Part shown: in pieces, positions 36,813 to 46,151 of the stretch | Numbering within the stretch: position 1 is the stretch's first letter | Layout: every line of letters starts with the position of its first letter | Assembly (NCBI GenBank): GCA_016209865.1 | Contig: JACQVL010000262.1 | Span: 1-55,834 of the forward strand | Origin: Candidatus Latescibacterota bacterium | GTDB lineage: Bacteria > JAAXHH01 > JACQVL01 | Direction: 5' to 3' | DNA: 55,834 bases | Translations under genes and position numbers: made by a program | Notes under the pieces: generated by a model | Told to the model about the DNA's origin: nothing | Seen by the model: only the letters and a program-made list of their open reading frames with translations | The model's database searches: none

Positions 36813-37550
36813 TCATCCAACCTGATCGAGGATCGCCCGGAGATCGCGCCGCACGCACGTGAAGATCGGGGTGTCCCGCAGCGTATACCGGCTGCCCTCG
36901 GTCTCCCGCAGCTCCATGACGAGGTCGAGGAAATCATCCGGCTTGTCCGTCTCGAACGCGACGACGAACTCCTGGTCGTCCAGGCCGAACGAGTACGTCG
37001 TGTTGAGCTTGACGGAGGCGTACCGGTGGCCGACCTCGATGTGCTCGTTCATCATCCCCTGGCGGGTGGCTTTCGACAGCCGGTACCAGTCCCGCGTCTT
37101 GACGAACGGGTAGACGAACAGGTACTTGGCCTCTCCGGGGATGATGTGCAGCCGGGTGCCTTCCTGGCCTTCGTGGTGGTGTCTGTCCACGTAGATCGAT
37201 CGTTTCGTCATCGACAGGAGTGAGTACGGGGTGTCCAGGTATTTCCCCAGGCCGGTCCGGAGGAGCTGCGCGGTCATCTCCTGGAACGACTCGATCTCGT
37301 ACCCGATCCGCCAGAGCATGAAATCGGTGTCGGCGCGGAGTCCGACCGTCGAGTACGGCAGGACGATCATCTGCGGGAGAAACTGCTCGACCACGCCCGC
37401 GAATTCCCGCTTCCCCTCGTCCTGCTCGGACGCGGGCAGCCGGCGCCAGGCGGAATCGGCCTTGTAGAACGCGAAATTGACGTACTGCCGCCGCGCCGGC
37501 TCAGCCGGTTCCGTCCCCCGGCCTCGGCCAGATCGTTCATGGCTACTCAT
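36813..37550 (-). CDS. Chlorite-dismutase-family protein (HemQ/ChdC-like)
   Basis: 245 aa. Overall pattern YVNFAFYK....W..L, FLYPFVK..DWY and a C-terminal ferredoxin-like repeat, typical of the Cld/HemQ family. Confidence 0.85.
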   Translation of the reverse strand: MSSHERSGRGRGTEPAEPARRQYVNFAFYKADSAWRRLPASEQDEGKREFAGVVEQFLPQMIVLPYSTVGLRADTDFMLWRIGYEIESFQEMTAQLLRTGLGKYLDTPYSLLSMTKRSIYVDRHHHEGQEGTRLHIIPGEAKYLFVYPFVKTRDWYRLSKATRQGMMNEHIEVGHRYASVKLNTTYSFGLDDQEFVVAFETDKPDDFLDLVMELRETEGSRYTLRDTPIFTCVRRDLRAILDQVG

Positions 37551-37614
37551 CGGATGTCTCCATCTATAGTTTTTCAGAAAAAGAAATAAATCGTCTCAGC
37601 CTTGCACCTCACCC

Positions 37615-38787
37615 CTACGCCCCGGTCTTGGCGTTGAGGACTTCCTTGAGCACCTCCAGAAAGACTTCATTCTCCCGGTGCGTACCGACCGACACCCGGA
37701 TGAAATTGGGCATTCCGAACGCACGACGGATCAAGATTTTTCGGGCTTCCAGTTGATCGACGAGCGGCTTCGTATCGCGTCCGACGTCCGCGATCACGAA
37801 GATCGTCTGCGTCTTCACCGGCTTCAGACCAAGCCGGGCCAGCTCGGTGTACAGGTATTCTTTCTCCGTGCGGACATGCGTTCGCACGCGCTGAACATGC
37901 TCATCATCATCGAACGCGGCGATCGCCGCCGCATCGCCGATGATGGTCCGGCCCAGCCAGCCGAGATAGAACGGTTTGACCCGTTCGATCAGACTCGGAT
38001 GACCGATGCCGTACCCGATGCGCATCCCGCCCAGGCCGTAAGCCTTGGACATCGTTTTGGTGACGAACAGGTTGCGTTTCGTCTTCGTCAGCGGGATGAC
38101 GCTGGGATACTGCTCATCATCCACGAAATCCAGGTACGCTTCATCGACGCAGACGATGATATTCTCCGGCACGCTGTCGATGAATTTCCGCAGTGCGTCC
38201 GCCGGGAGAAGCTGGCCGGTCGGGTTGTTCGGGTTGGTGATGGAGACGATCTTCGTGTCGGACGTGATCGCCTTCCGGACGACGTCGAGGTCGATCTGGA
38301 GGTCTTTCGTCAGTTTCACCCGGACGACCGGTCTGCCGATATCCTCCGCCATTCCTGAAATAGCTCCGTACCCCGGCTCCGGTTCGACGACTCCTCCGCC
38401 GTTGACGATCGCCGTCAGGGTGATGGCGTTCAGGATCTCAGAGGAGCCGACGCCGTTGGCCACCATATCCGCCGTGACCCCGTGGTGCCGGGCGATGGCC
38501 TCGTGCAGCACCGGCTCGCGGGCCGGGTACCGGTTGAGGGCGAACAGTTTTTTGGCCGCCGCTTCGACCGCGTGCGGGGAGGGGCCCAGCGGGTTCTCGT
38601 TGATCGACAGTTGGACGAGCCCAGGGTCTTCCAATCCTGCGCCGTACACCAGTCGCCCTTTCGGGCCGCCGACCATCGCGGCGGCGGTCTTCCACAAGGA
38701 CGCGCTCGCCAGGGTGGTCAGCCCCCCGGCGACGGCGGTCTGGATGAATCGACGACGGGATACCGCGATAGGCGATGGAGTACTCAT
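37615..38787 (-). CDS. Class I/II (HisC-like) PLP aminotransferase with an N-terminal twin-arginine signal
   Basis: 390 aa. Tat motif SRRRFIQTAVAGGLTTLASASLW..AAA. PLP-lysine region TMSKAYGLGGMRIGYG. SD AAGGAGG lies 6 nt before the ATG. Confidence 0.88.
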   Translation of the reverse strand: MSTPSPIAVSRRRFIQTAVAGGLTTLASASLWKTAAAMVGGPKGRLVYGAGLEDPGLVQLSINENPLGPSPHAVEAAAKKLFALNRYPAREPVLHEAIARHHGVTADMVANGVGSSEILNAITLTAIVNGGGVVEPEPGYGAISGMAEDIGRPVVRVKLTKDLQIDLDVVRKAITSDTKIVSITNPNNPTGQLLPADALRKFIDSVPENIIVCVDEAYLDFVDDEQYPSVIPLTKTKRNLFVTKTMSKAYGLGGMRIGYGIGHPSLIERVKPFYLGWLGRTIIGDAAAIAAFDDDEHVQRVRTHVRTEKEYLYTELARLGLKPVKTQTIFVIADVGRDTKPLVDQLEARKILIRRAFGMPNFIRVSVGTHRENEVFLEVLKEVLNAKTGA

Positions 38788-38806
38788 GATGTCCTCCTTG
38801 ATAAAG

Positions 38807-38905
38807 CAAGGATGAAGGGGTAAGGACGAAGGACGAACAGTAAGGATTCATGAAACGTGTCATTCCCACGCAAGCGGGAATCCATCGCTTTGGCCTTCGT
38901 CCTTG
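38807..38905. repeat. Composite heptamer-arm element (AAGGACG class) with core hairpin
   Basis: Left arm CAAGGAT GAAGGGG TAAGGAC GAAGGAC (38807-38847). Core GTCATTCCCACGCAAGCGGGAATCC (38859-38883). Short right arm CCTTCGTCCTTG (38894-38905). Confidence 0.9.
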
Positions 38906-38979
38906 TAGTGGTGAATGTAATCATACTTGTCGAAATTACAAGGATTTTCTCTTTATAGTACACCGGGCAGACAAATTCC

Positions 38980-39008
38980 TTGACAGAAAGCCGATATTTT
39001 TTTATGAT
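38980..39008 (+). promoter_or_regulatory. Strong sigma70-like promoter reading into the next repeat element and the 39215 gene
   Basis: TTGACA (38980-38985), exactly 17 nt, then TATGAT (39003-39008), in an AT-rich context. Confidence 0.55.
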
Positions 39009-39041
39009 AAGAATATTCCAGCCGGTGTATCCATGTTAAAC

Positions 39042-39192
39042 AAGGGACGAAGTCGTTCAGAAGTAAGGACGAAGGAGTAAGGACGAAGGACGAAATTGAA
39101 AGGATGAAAGACAACTCTCTTGTTTCTGTCATTCCCGCGCAAGCGGGAATCCATCATCTTTTTCGTCCTTTGTCCTTCATACTTCGTCCTTG
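39042..39192. repeat. Composite heptamer-arm element (AAGGACG class) with core hairpin, located in a 5'UTR
   Basis: Left arm 39042-39110 (TAAGGAC GAAGGAG TAAGGAC GAAGGAC ...). Core GTCATTCCCGCGCAAGCGGGAATCC at 39128-39152. Right arm CTTTTTCGTCCTTTGTCCTTCATACTTCGTCCTTG at 39158-39192. Confidence 0.9.
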
Positions 39193-39214
39193 CAGTCATG
39201 AAAGGGGAGAGGTC

Positions 39215-39643
39215 ATGAAGACGCGCGCGCTCGTCGTGGGCCTGATGGGGGTCTGCCTCCTCTGCTCCGGACTCATCGGGTGTTTCTCGTTTTTTCAATC
39301 GACGCCCATAGACCCGTTGGCCCTTCAGGTGAAACAGGAGCAGGCGGACGTCAAACGCCTGCAGACGTCTGCCGACAGTCTGGCTGCCAACCGGAGGCGG
39401 GTGTGGGAGGATATCCAGACGCTGAAAGTGCTACAGACGCTGACGCCCGACCAGATCGCGGCGTTGCCCGGGATGGAAGGGAAAGAAAACCTGATGACGT
39501 CTGCGAGTGCCTCAGATACGAGTCGGCAGTCGTCGTCAGCCATGCAGGCCGAGAAGAAGGGCATCGTCGGCAGCATTACGGGCAGTATTACCGGGTTCTT
39601 CGGGAAGATCGGGAACGGACTGAAGAAGCTCTGGCCGTTTTAA
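39215..39643 (+). CDS. Hypothetical lipoprotein, 142 aa
   Basis: Start trimmed to the ATG at 39215 (SD AGGGGAGAGG). Lipobox LCSGLIGC. Coiled-coil middle region and a GSITGSITG tail. The upstream part of the track ORF is translated repeat. Confidence 0.65.
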   Translation: MKTRALVVGLMGVCLLCSGLIGCFSFFQSTPIDPLALQVKQEQADVKRLQTSADSLAANRRRVWEDIQTLKVLQTLTPDQIAALPGMEGKENLMTSASASDTSRQSSSAMQAEKKGIVGSITGSITGFFGKIGNGLKKLWPF

Positions 39644-39647
39644 GGCA

Positions 39648-39663
39648 GTGATCGGTGGTCGGT
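39648..39663. repeat. Short heptamer array (GGTCGGT class)
   Basis: GTGATCG GTGGTCG GT, immediately after the stop codon at 39641-39643. Confidence 0.7.
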
Positions 39664-39690
39664 TAAAAACCAGACGATTCTCTAAACCAA

Positions 39691-39732
39691 AACAGCATGG
39701 CAAGCCTTCACCCGCCATGCTGTTTGTGTTTT
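39691..39732. terminator. Bidirectional rho-independent terminator between convergent genes
   Basis: 11-bp stem AACAGCATGGC (39691-39701) / GCCATGCTGTT (39714-39724) with a 12-nt loop. Followed by TGTGTTTT on the plus strand and by TTTTGGTTT on the minus strand. Confidence 0.75.
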
Positions 39733-39736
39733 ACCC

Positions 39737-39751
39737 GTCACTCGTCACTGA
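39737..39751. repeat. Short heptamer array (CGTCACT class) overlapping the rplQ stop codon
   Basis: GTCACTC GTCACTG A. The rplQ stop TGA is the rc of 39745-39747. Confidence 0.7.
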
Positions 39752-40179
39752 TTTGACTCGCTCTTCTCCCCGGTGCTGTCTGCGGCCTTCTTCCCCTTGC
39801 TCTCGGATTCTTCAGACGCGGCCGCCCGGTCGACCAGCTCCAAGATCGACAACTCCGCCGCATCCCCCTGCCGGTGGCCGACGTGGATGATCCGGGTATA
39901 CCCGCCGTTCCGGTCACGGTACCGGGGCGCGATGGAGGTGAACAGCTTGGACACGACGGCTCGATTCTGCACGACCCGGAGCACCTGTCGCCGCGCATGG
40001 AGGTCGTCTCGTTTGGCGAACGTGATCAGCCGTTCGACGACGCTCCGGGCTTCTTTCGCTTTGGCCGTCGTCGTTTCCACCCGTTCCCGGTCGAGGACCG
40101 ACGTGGCTAAGTTGGCCAGCATCGCCCGGCGGTGACCGACCGTCCGGCCGAGTTTCCGCCCCTGTTTTCGGTGTCGCAT
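39745..40179 (-). CDS. rplQ: 50S ribosomal protein L17
   Basis: [24 protein letters not shown].. is the canonical L17 N-terminus. Has a Ser/Glu-rich C-terminal tail. Confidence 0.97.
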   Translation of the reverse strand: MRHRKQGRKLGRTVGHRRAMLANLATSVLDRERVETTTAKAKEARSVVERLITFAKRDDLHARRQVLRVVQNRAVVSKLFTSIAPRYRDRNGGYTRIIHVGHRQGDAAELSILELVDRAAASEESESKGKKAADSTGEKSESNQ

Positions 40180-40193
40180 CGGTGACTCCTGGT

Positions 40194-41183
40194 TTACTTT
40201 TCTTTCTCGGCCGGAGCACGGTACCTCTCGATCTTCATCCCGAACGAGAGTCCCAGGTCGCTGAGGATTTGATTCAATTCCGTCAACGACTTGCGGCCAA
40301 AGTTCCGGTACTTCAGCATCTCCGCCTCACTCTTCTGCACCAGGTCGGCGAGCGTCTTGATCTCCGCCGCGCGCAGACAGTTGCTCGACCGGACGGACAG
40401 CTCCAGTTCCTCCACGTTCATCCTCAGGAGGTTCCGGATTCGCTCGACTTCCTCATCGACCTCCTCGTCCATCGTCGTGACCGGCTCCTCGTGCGCGCCG
40501 ATGAAGAGTTGAAGATGGTCTTTGAGGATACTGGCGGCGGCGGACAGCGCATCCTTGGGCTGAATGCTTCCGTCTGTCCAGACTTCCAGGACGAGCCGGT
40601 CGTAGTCCGTGCGCTGTCCCACCCGGGTATTCTCGACATGGTAGTTGACTTTCGTCACCGGGGTGAAGATTGAGTCGAGCGGGATCACCCCGATCGGCTG
40701 GCCCGGGTCTTTATTCTGTTCCGCCAGGGCATAACCCCGTCCCCCAGCCACATGAATCTCCATACGGAGTCGCCCCCCCTCGTCGAGGGTGGCGATGTGG
40801 AGGTCGGGGTTGAGGATTTCGACATCCGCATCCGTCTGGATATCGAGGGCGGTCACCTCGCCCTTCCCCTCCGCTTCCAGGAGCAGTACTTTCGGATGAT
40901 CCACGTGCAGGATGAGCCGGATCTCTTTCAGGTTGAGGATGATTTCTGTCACGTCCTCGACGACGTTCGGGATGGTCGTGAACTCATGCGGCACCCCATC
41001 GATGCGGACGGCGGTCACCCCCGCGCCCGGCAGGGAGGAGAGCAGGACCCGCCGCAACGCGTTGCCGACGGTCGTCCCAAACCCGCGTTCCAGCGGCTCG
41101 ACCGCGAACCGTCCATACCGGCTGTTCAACGCCGCGTCATCGACCGTCACACCTTTTGGCATTTGGAAGTTTTTCAATTTCAT
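40194..41183 (-). CDS. rpoA: DNA-directed RNA polymerase alpha subunit
   Basis: Start trimmed to the ATG at 41183 ([12 protein letters not shown]..). Contains [17 protein letters not shown] and a C-terminal [11 protein letters not shown]. Confidence 0.96.
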   Translation of the reverse strand: MKLKNFQMPKGVTVDDAALNSRYGRFAVEPLERGFGTTVGNALRRVLLSSLPGAGVTAVRIDGVPHEFTTIPNVVEDVTEIILNLKEIRLILHVDHPKVLLLEAEGKGEVTALDIQTDADVEILNPDLHIATLDEGGRLRMEIHVAGGRGYALAEQNKDPGQPIGVIPLDSIFTPVTKVNYHVENTRVGQRTDYDRLVLEVWTDGSIQPKDALSAAASILKDHLQLFIGAHEEPVTTMDEEVDEEVERIRNLLRMNVEELELSVRSSNCLRAAEIKTLADLVQKSEAEMLKYRNFGRKSLTELNQILSDLGLSFGMKIERYRAPAEKEK

Positions 41184-41259
41184 AGCAGCACGTGCCCCCT
41201 GCACACAGGCTCAACTGTCGAGCATGACCCCCAATTCACCGCACAGGCCCACGAACCGG

Positions 41260-41889
41260 CTACTTCGAGTACAATTCGATGATCAACTGCTCCTGAACAG
41301 GCGTCGGAATACTCTCGCGGAGCGGCATCTCCAGGAGCCTGCCGGTCAGGGTGGTTTTGTCCAGGTCGAGCCACGGCACGGACGGCCGCTGGCTGGCGAC
41401 ACGCAACGAGGCATGGATGGTATCGAGCTGCCGGCTGCGTTCCTTCACCCGGACGACATCGCCCACCCGAAGCACCGAGGATGGGACGTCGACGAGCCGG
41501 TCGTTGACCAGGATATGGCGATGGGAGACGAGCTGGCGGGCCGCTTTCCGGGAGGACGCGAACCCGAGACGGTAGACGATGTTGTCCAGCCGGGTCTCGA
41601 GCAGTTGGAGCAGGCGTTGCCCGGTGACTCCATGCTCGCGCGCTGCTTTATCGAAATAATTCCGGAACTGCGTCTCCAAGAGACCGTATGCTTTGCGGGT
41701 CTTCTGCTTCTCACGAAGTCGGACGGCGTATTCGGTCGGCTTCTTCCGGCCGGTCTGGCCGTGCTGACCCGGCGGAAACGCCCGGCGATCCACCGCGCAC
41801 TTCTCCGAGAAGCACCGATCCCCCTTCAGGAAGAGCTTGACCCCTTCACGCCGGCACACCCGACAACTCGCATCCGTATACCGTGACAT
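41260..41889 (-). CDS. rpsD: 30S ribosomal protein S4
   Basis: Start trimmed to the ATG at 41889 (MSRYTDASCRVCRREGVKLFLKGDRC). Confidence 0.97.
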   Translation of the reverse strand: MSRYTDASCRVCRREGVKLFLKGDRCFSEKCAVDRRAFPPGQHGQTGRKKPTEYAVRLREKQKTRKAYGLLETQFRNYFDKAAREHGVTGQRLLQLLETRLDNIVYRLGFASSRKAARQLVSHRHILVNDRLVDVPSSVLRVGDVVRVKERSRQLDTIHASLRVASQRPSVPWLDLDKTTLTGRLLEMPLRESIPTPVQEQLIIELYSK

Positions 41890-41905
41890 AGAGACTCCTA
41901 AGTAA

Positions 41906-41998
41906 TAAGGACGAAGGATGAAGGACGAAAAGGACAAACTGCCGTTACTTTGTTTCGCCCTTTCTTGTTCGTCCTTCGTACTTTGTACTTCGTCCTTG
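41906..41998. repeat. Heptamer-arm palindrome (AAGGACG class), no core, in the rpsK-rpsD spacer
   Basis: Left arm TAAGGAC GAAGGAT GAAGGAC GAAAAGGACAAA (41906-41938). Right arm GTTCGTCCTTCGTACTTTGTACTTCGTCCTTG (41967-41998). Confidence 0.9.
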
Positions 41999-42003
41999 CT
42001 CTT

Positions 42004-42405
42004 TTACACCCTTCGGCGTTTGGGGGGACGGCACCCGTTGTGGGGAATGGGGGTGACATCCCGGATGGCCGCGATCTCCAGACCGGCAGCCTGCAGCGAC
42101 CGGATGGCCGATTCACGCCCCGCGCCCGGGCCTTTGACCCACACCTCGACCCGCCGCAGCCCCAGCTCCATGGCCTCCTTCGCGGCCGCTTCCGCGGCGA
42201 CCTGCGCCGCAAACGGGGTACTCTTCTTCGAGCCTTTAAACGAGCCGCCCTTCCCGCCGCTCGACCAGGAGATCGCACGCCCCTGGGTATCCGTGATCGT
42301 GACGATCGTGTTGTTGAACGTCGCCTGGATATGCGCGATCCCGTTCGAGTCGACCCGGCGCTCTTTCTTGCGTGCCTTGCTCCGTTTCCCTGTTGCCACG
42401 CTCAT
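42004..42405 (-). CDS. rpsK: 30S ribosomal protein S11
   Basis: Start trimmed to the ATG at 42405 (SD GGGAGGG). Contains ..[19 protein letters not shown] and a C-terminal [13 protein letters not shown]. Confidence 0.97.
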   Translation of the reverse strand: MSVATGKRSKARKKERRVDSNGIAHIQATFNNTIVTITDTQGRAISWSSGGKGGSFKGSKKSTPFAAQVAAEAAAKEAMELGLRRVEVWVKGPGAGRESAIRSLQAAGLEIAAIRDVTPIPHNGCRPPKRRRV

Positions 42406-42418
42406 CCCTCCCGTCACT

Positions 42419-42458
42419 GAACGTGCAAACGTTCTAACGTGCCAACGTGTGAACGCAT
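42419..42458. repeat. Five tandem octamers NAACGTNN in the rpsM-rpsK spacer
   Basis: GAACGTGC AAACGTTC TAACGTGC CAACGTGT GAACGCAT. The first two units form the hairpin GAACGT-GCAA-ACGTTC. Confidence 0.8.
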
Positions 42459-42830
42459 CTACTTCGACCGTTTCGCGCCGATCGTCCGCCGGGGACCTTT
42501 CCGCGTACGTGCGTTCGTCCGGGTGCGCTGGCCGTGCATGGGCAGTCCCCGCCGATGGCGCAGCCCACGATAGCATCCGATGTCCATCAGGCGGCGGATG
42601 TTGAAGGCCACATCCCCCCGGAGCGCGCCCTCCGTACGGTGGTTGTTCTCGATCGTCGCCCGGAGTTTCGCGATCTCACTGTCATTCAGGTCCTTGACGC
42701 GGGTATCCGGGTTGACTCCGGCCGCGGCCAGGACGGTTCGAGCGAGGGTCGGACCGATCCCGTAGATGGAGGTGAGCCCGACCTCGATCCGTTTCTCCTT
42801 GGGCAGGTCGACCCCGGCGATTCGTGCCAC
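42459..42830 (-). CDS. rpsM: 30S ribosomal protein S13
   Basis: [26 protein letters not shown]... Confidence 0.98.
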   Translation of the reverse strand: MARIAGVDLPKEKRIEVGLTSIYGIGPTLARTVLAAAGVNPDTRVKDLNDSEIAKLRATIENNHRTEGALRGDVAFNIRRLMDIGCYRGLRHRRGLPMHGQRTRTNARTRKGPRRTIGAKRSK

Positions 42831-42912
42831 AGACTCCTCCTTGTGATGAGCAGGCGATCCAGTGTCCGTCGTCAGTTATCGCGTCGTTCAAGGACGGTGG
42901 ACACAGAACCGC

Positions 42913-43026
42913 TTACCCCTGGCGCTGTTTATGCCGGGGGTTGCGGCAGATAATTCGTACGACGCCCTTCCGGCGGACTACCTTGCAGTGTTCACAAATC
43001 TTTTTCACCGATGCACGTACTTTCAT
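42913..43026 (-). CDS. rpmJ: 50S ribosomal protein L36
   Basis: Below the track cutoff. My translation is [37 protein letters not shown], with a TAA stop at 42913-42915 (rc). Confidence 0.95.
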   Translation of the reverse strand: MKVRASVKKICEHCKVVRRKGVVRIICRNPRHKQRQG

Positions 43027-43070
43027 CCGACGAGTCCTCTGAATTCCAGGGCGATCACAGAGGGTCGCCC

Positions 43071-43289
43071 CTACTTATACCGGTAGACGATCCGGCCACG
43101 GGTCAGGTCATACGGCGACAATTCCACCATCACTTTATCCCCCGGCAGAATCCGGATGAAATTCATCCGCACCTTCCCGGAGATATGCGCCAGAATCTGA
43201 TGACCGTTCTCCAACTCCACCCGGAACGACGCGTTGGGCAGGGATTCGACCACAGTCCCTTCGACCTGAACCGGCGGTTCTTTCGGCAT
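43071..43289 (-). CDS. infA: Translation initiation factor IF-1
   Basis: 72 aa. ..[55 protein letters not shown]. Confidence 0.98.
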   Translation of the reverse strand: MPKEPPVQVEGTVVESLPNASFRVELENGHQILAHISGKVRMNFIRILPGDKVMVELSPYDLTRGRIVYRYK

Positions 43290-43301
43290 CCAGGCATCCT
43301 C

Positions 43302-44054
43302 TCAGAGCGTGGTCATGATACACGGCCCGTTGTCGGTAATCAGGACGGTATGCTCGAAATGGGCCGACAACGACGCGTCCCGAGTCGCGATCGTCCAATG
43401 ATCCGGCTTCGTATACACCTCAAAACTCCCCATGTTCACCATCGGCTCGATCGCCAGCACCATCCCCCGTTTGAACCGGGGGTTCGGCCGGGGAATCCCG
43501 AAATTCGGCACCTGGGGTTCCTCGTGCATGCTCCGGCCGATCCCATGGCCGACCAGGTCACGGACGACCGAGTACCCCTCGGCTTCCACGTACTGCTGGA
43601 TGGCCTGTGAGAGGTCTGAGAGACGATTCCCGGCCCGGGCCGCCTCGATCCCCCGGTAGAGCGACGCCTCGGTCACGGCCAGAAGCCGCTTCGCCGCTGG
43701 CGGAATCGGCCCGACAGGGAAGGTCATCGCTCCATCCCCGCAGTATCCGCCCTTCTTCACCCCGATGTCGATGCTGACGATCTGTCTGGCTTCGAGCCGG
43801 CGCTTGCCGGGCAGCCCGTGCACGACCTCGTCGTCGATCGACACGCAGATGTTCGCCGGGTACCCCATGAACCCCTTAAACGCCGGGACCCCGCCCCGAG
43901 CCCGGATGAACGTACTGACGATCGCGTCGAGTTCCGCCGTCGTGATGCCGGGCACGACGTACTCGCCGATCATCTCGAACGCTTCCGCCACGATCCGGCT
44001 GCTCTCCCGGATCAGGCCGATCTCTTTCTCGGTCTTCAGCAGGATCATCGGCAC
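43302..44054 (-). CDS. map: Type I methionine aminopeptidase
   Basis: 250 aa. GTG start at 44054 (or ATG at 44048). Metal ligands lie in the D..V.K.GY.GD, HGIG and EPM.. blocks. Confidence 0.95.
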   Translation of the reverse strand: MPMILLKTEKEIGLIRESSRIVAEAFEMIGEYVVPGITTAELDAIVSTFIRARGGVPAFKGFMGYPANICVSIDDEVVHGLPGKRRLEARQIVSIDIGVKKGGYCGDGAMTFPVGPIPPAAKRLLAVTEASLYRGIEAARAGNRLSDLSQAIQQYVEAEGYSVVRDLVGHGIGRSMHEEPQVPNFGIPRPNPRFKRGMVLAIEPMVNMGSFEVYTKPDHWTIATRDASLSAHFEHTVLITDNGPCIMTTL

Positions 44055-44069
44055 GTCTGGCCATCCTCA

Positions 44070-44146
44070 TAAGGACGAAGGATGAAGGTCGAAAAGAACA
44101 TTCTGTCTTATACTTTTCGTCCTTCGTCCTTACCCCTTCGTCCTTG
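44070..44146. repeat. Heptamer-arm palindrome (AAGGACG class) in the adk-map spacer, overlapping the adk 3' end
   Basis: Left arm TAAGGAC GAAGGAT GAAGGTC GAAAAG (44070-44096) is 28/30 identical to the left arm at 41906. Right arm CTTTTCGTCCTTCGTCCTTACCCCTTCGTCCTTG (44113-44146). Confidence 0.9.
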
Positions 44147-44792
44147 CCGTTCCTGGAAGGCTGGCGAGAATCCGTTCTTCGACGACCTGCGGGGACGCAT
44201 TCCCGTCGATACTCCGCAACAACCCGTCGACACGGTAGAACTCTTTCAGCGGCGCGATCTCTCGCAGGTACACGTCGAGCCGGTGCATGACCGTCACGGC
44301 GTCATCATCCAGACGATGCGTCAGACCGCTCCCGCACACGTTACAGACCCCCTGGACGCGCGGCTGATCCGTCTTCTCGTTGTAGTTCCGGTGACACGAC
44401 GGACAGATGAGCCGGTGGGACAGCCGCTCGATGATGACGTCCCGTTCGACCTCGATACTCACGACCGCCTCGATCGGGGTCTGGAGTCGCTCCAGCAGGG
44501 TGTTCAGGTACGACGCCTGGCTGAGCGTCCGCGGAAACCCGTCGAGGATGAACCCGTTCGCGCAATCCGGCTCGCGGAGTCGCTCCTCCAGCACCCGGAT
44601 CATGATGGGATCAGGGACGAGCTCCCCGGCTTCCATGTACGCTTTCGCCTGCAGGCCCACCAGGGTCCCGCGCTGGATGGCGGAACGGAGCAGATCGCCC
44701 GTTGAAATATGCGGGATCTGCAACTGTTCACCGAGCATCCGGGCTTGTGTTCCCTTACCCGCTCCCGGGGCGCCGACCAGAATCAATCGCAT
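44130..44792 (-). CDS. adk: Adenylate kinase (with a Zn-type lid)
   Basis: Start trimmed to the ATG at 44792 (MRLILVGAPGAGKGTQ). Lid sequence CPSCHRNYN...C..CG. Confidence 0.96.
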   Translation of the reverse strand: MRLILVGAPGAGKGTQARMLGEQLQIPHISTGDLLRSAIQRGTLVGLQAKAYMEAGELVPDPIMIRVLEERLREPDCANGFILDGFPRTLSQASYLNTLLERLQTPIEAVVSIEVERDVIIERLSHRLICPSCHRNYNEKTDQPRVQGVCNVCGSGLTHRLDDDAVTVMHRLDVYLREIAPLKEFYRVDGLLRSIDGNASPQVVEERILASLPGTARTKG

Positions 44793-44840
44793 AGCCTCTT
44801 CACCGCGGGGAAGGGAACAGAGCACACGTCCCCGACTCGG

Positions 44841-46151
44841 TCACTGCCGCCCTCGGAGCCGTCCTCGTCGCATGAACCCCTCGTAATGGCGCATGACGAG
44901 ATGAGATTCGACCTGCTGCAGCGTATCCAGTGCCACACCGACCACGATCAGCAACGCCGTCCCCCCGAAGAAAAAGGACACATTCATGCTACGGATGATG
45001 AGGAACGGCAGGATGGCGATCAACGCTAAGAAAATCGCGCCCGGCAGGGTAATGCGCGTCAAGATCCGGTCGAGGTACTCGGCCGTCCGCTTGCCCGGCC
45101 GGATGCCGGGCACAAACCCGCCGACTTTTTTCATGTTATCCGCCACATCGACCGGGTTGAAGATGATCGCCGTGTAAAAGTACGTGAAGAAAATGATCAT
45201 CAGCGCGTACAGGAAATCGTAGATCGGCGCGCCCGGCTGGAACCAGTTGGCGATCGTCTGCATCACCTGGTTGGTGGGGAAGAACGTCGTGATCGTGTTC
45301 GGGGCAAACATGATCGACTGGGCGAAGATGATCGGAATCACCCCGGCGGCGTTGACCCGTAACGGCAGATGCGTACTCTGCCCGCCGTACACTTTGCGCC
45401 CGACGACCCGGCGCGGGTACTGCACCAGGATCCGCCGCTGCGCCTGCGTGATCAGGACGACGGCGGCGACGATGGCGACCATGATGGCCATCAGCGCGAC
45501 CTCGACCAGGACATTCCGGAGGCCGTTCATGACCGCCTCCACCTCGTTCTTGACGGCGATCGGGAACCGGGCGACGATGCCGATAAAGATGATGAGCGAA
45601 ATCCCGTTCCCGATCCCGCGCTCGGTGATCTGCTCCCCTAACCACATGATGAAGATCGTCCCGGTGGTCATCGTGATCATCGTGAGCAGCTTGAACCCGA
45701 TGCCGGGGTCGACGACCGCCGACCGGCCGAGGTCATCCCGCACGCTCTCCAGCCAGACGCTGATCCCGTACGACTGGAGGATCGACAGGATGACCGTGCC
45801 GTACCGGGTGTACTGATTGATCTTCTTCTGCCCTTCCTGTCCCTCCCGCTGCAGCTTCTGCAGGAAGGGGACCATCGACCCGAGGAGCTGGAGAACGATC
45901 GACGCGCTGATGTACGGCATGATGCCGAGGGCGAAGATCGTCGCCCGCTCGAACGCGCCGCCGACGAACATGTCGTACAGCCCGAAGATCGTCCCGCCCA
46001 TGCGGGCGAAGAAGGCGCTGAGCACCACCCGGTCGATCCCGGGCGTGGGCACCTGCCCGCCGATCCGGTAGATGACCAGGATGGCGAACGTGAAGAGGAT
46101 GCGTCGGCGCAGTTCCGGGATCTTGAACGCGTTCTGGAAGCTCTCGATCAT
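44841..46151 (-). CDS. secY: Preprotein translocase subunit SecY
   Basis: 436 aa. N-terminus ..[25 protein letters not shown], and ten TM helices. Confidence 0.97.
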   Translation of the reverse strand: MIESFQNAFKIPELRRRILFTFAILVIYRIGGQVPTPGIDRVVLSAFFARMGGTIFGLYDMFVGGAFERATIFALGIMPYISASIVLQLLGSMVPFLQKLQREGQEGQKKINQYTRYGTVILSILQSYGISVWLESVRDDLGRSAVVDPGIGFKLLTMITMTTGTIFIMWLGEQITERGIGNGISLIIFIGIVARFPIAVKNEVEAVMNGLRNVLVEVALMAIMVAIVAAVVLITQAQRRILVQYPRRVVGRKVYGGQSTHLPLRVNAAGVIPIIFAQSIMFAPNTITTFFPTNQVMQTIANWFQPGAPIYDFLYALMIIFFTYFYTAIIFNPVDVADNMKKVGGFVPGIRPGKRTAEYLDRILTRITLPGAIFLALIAILPFLIIRSMNVSFFFGGTALLIVVGVALDTLQQVESHLVMRHYEGFMRRGRLRGRQ

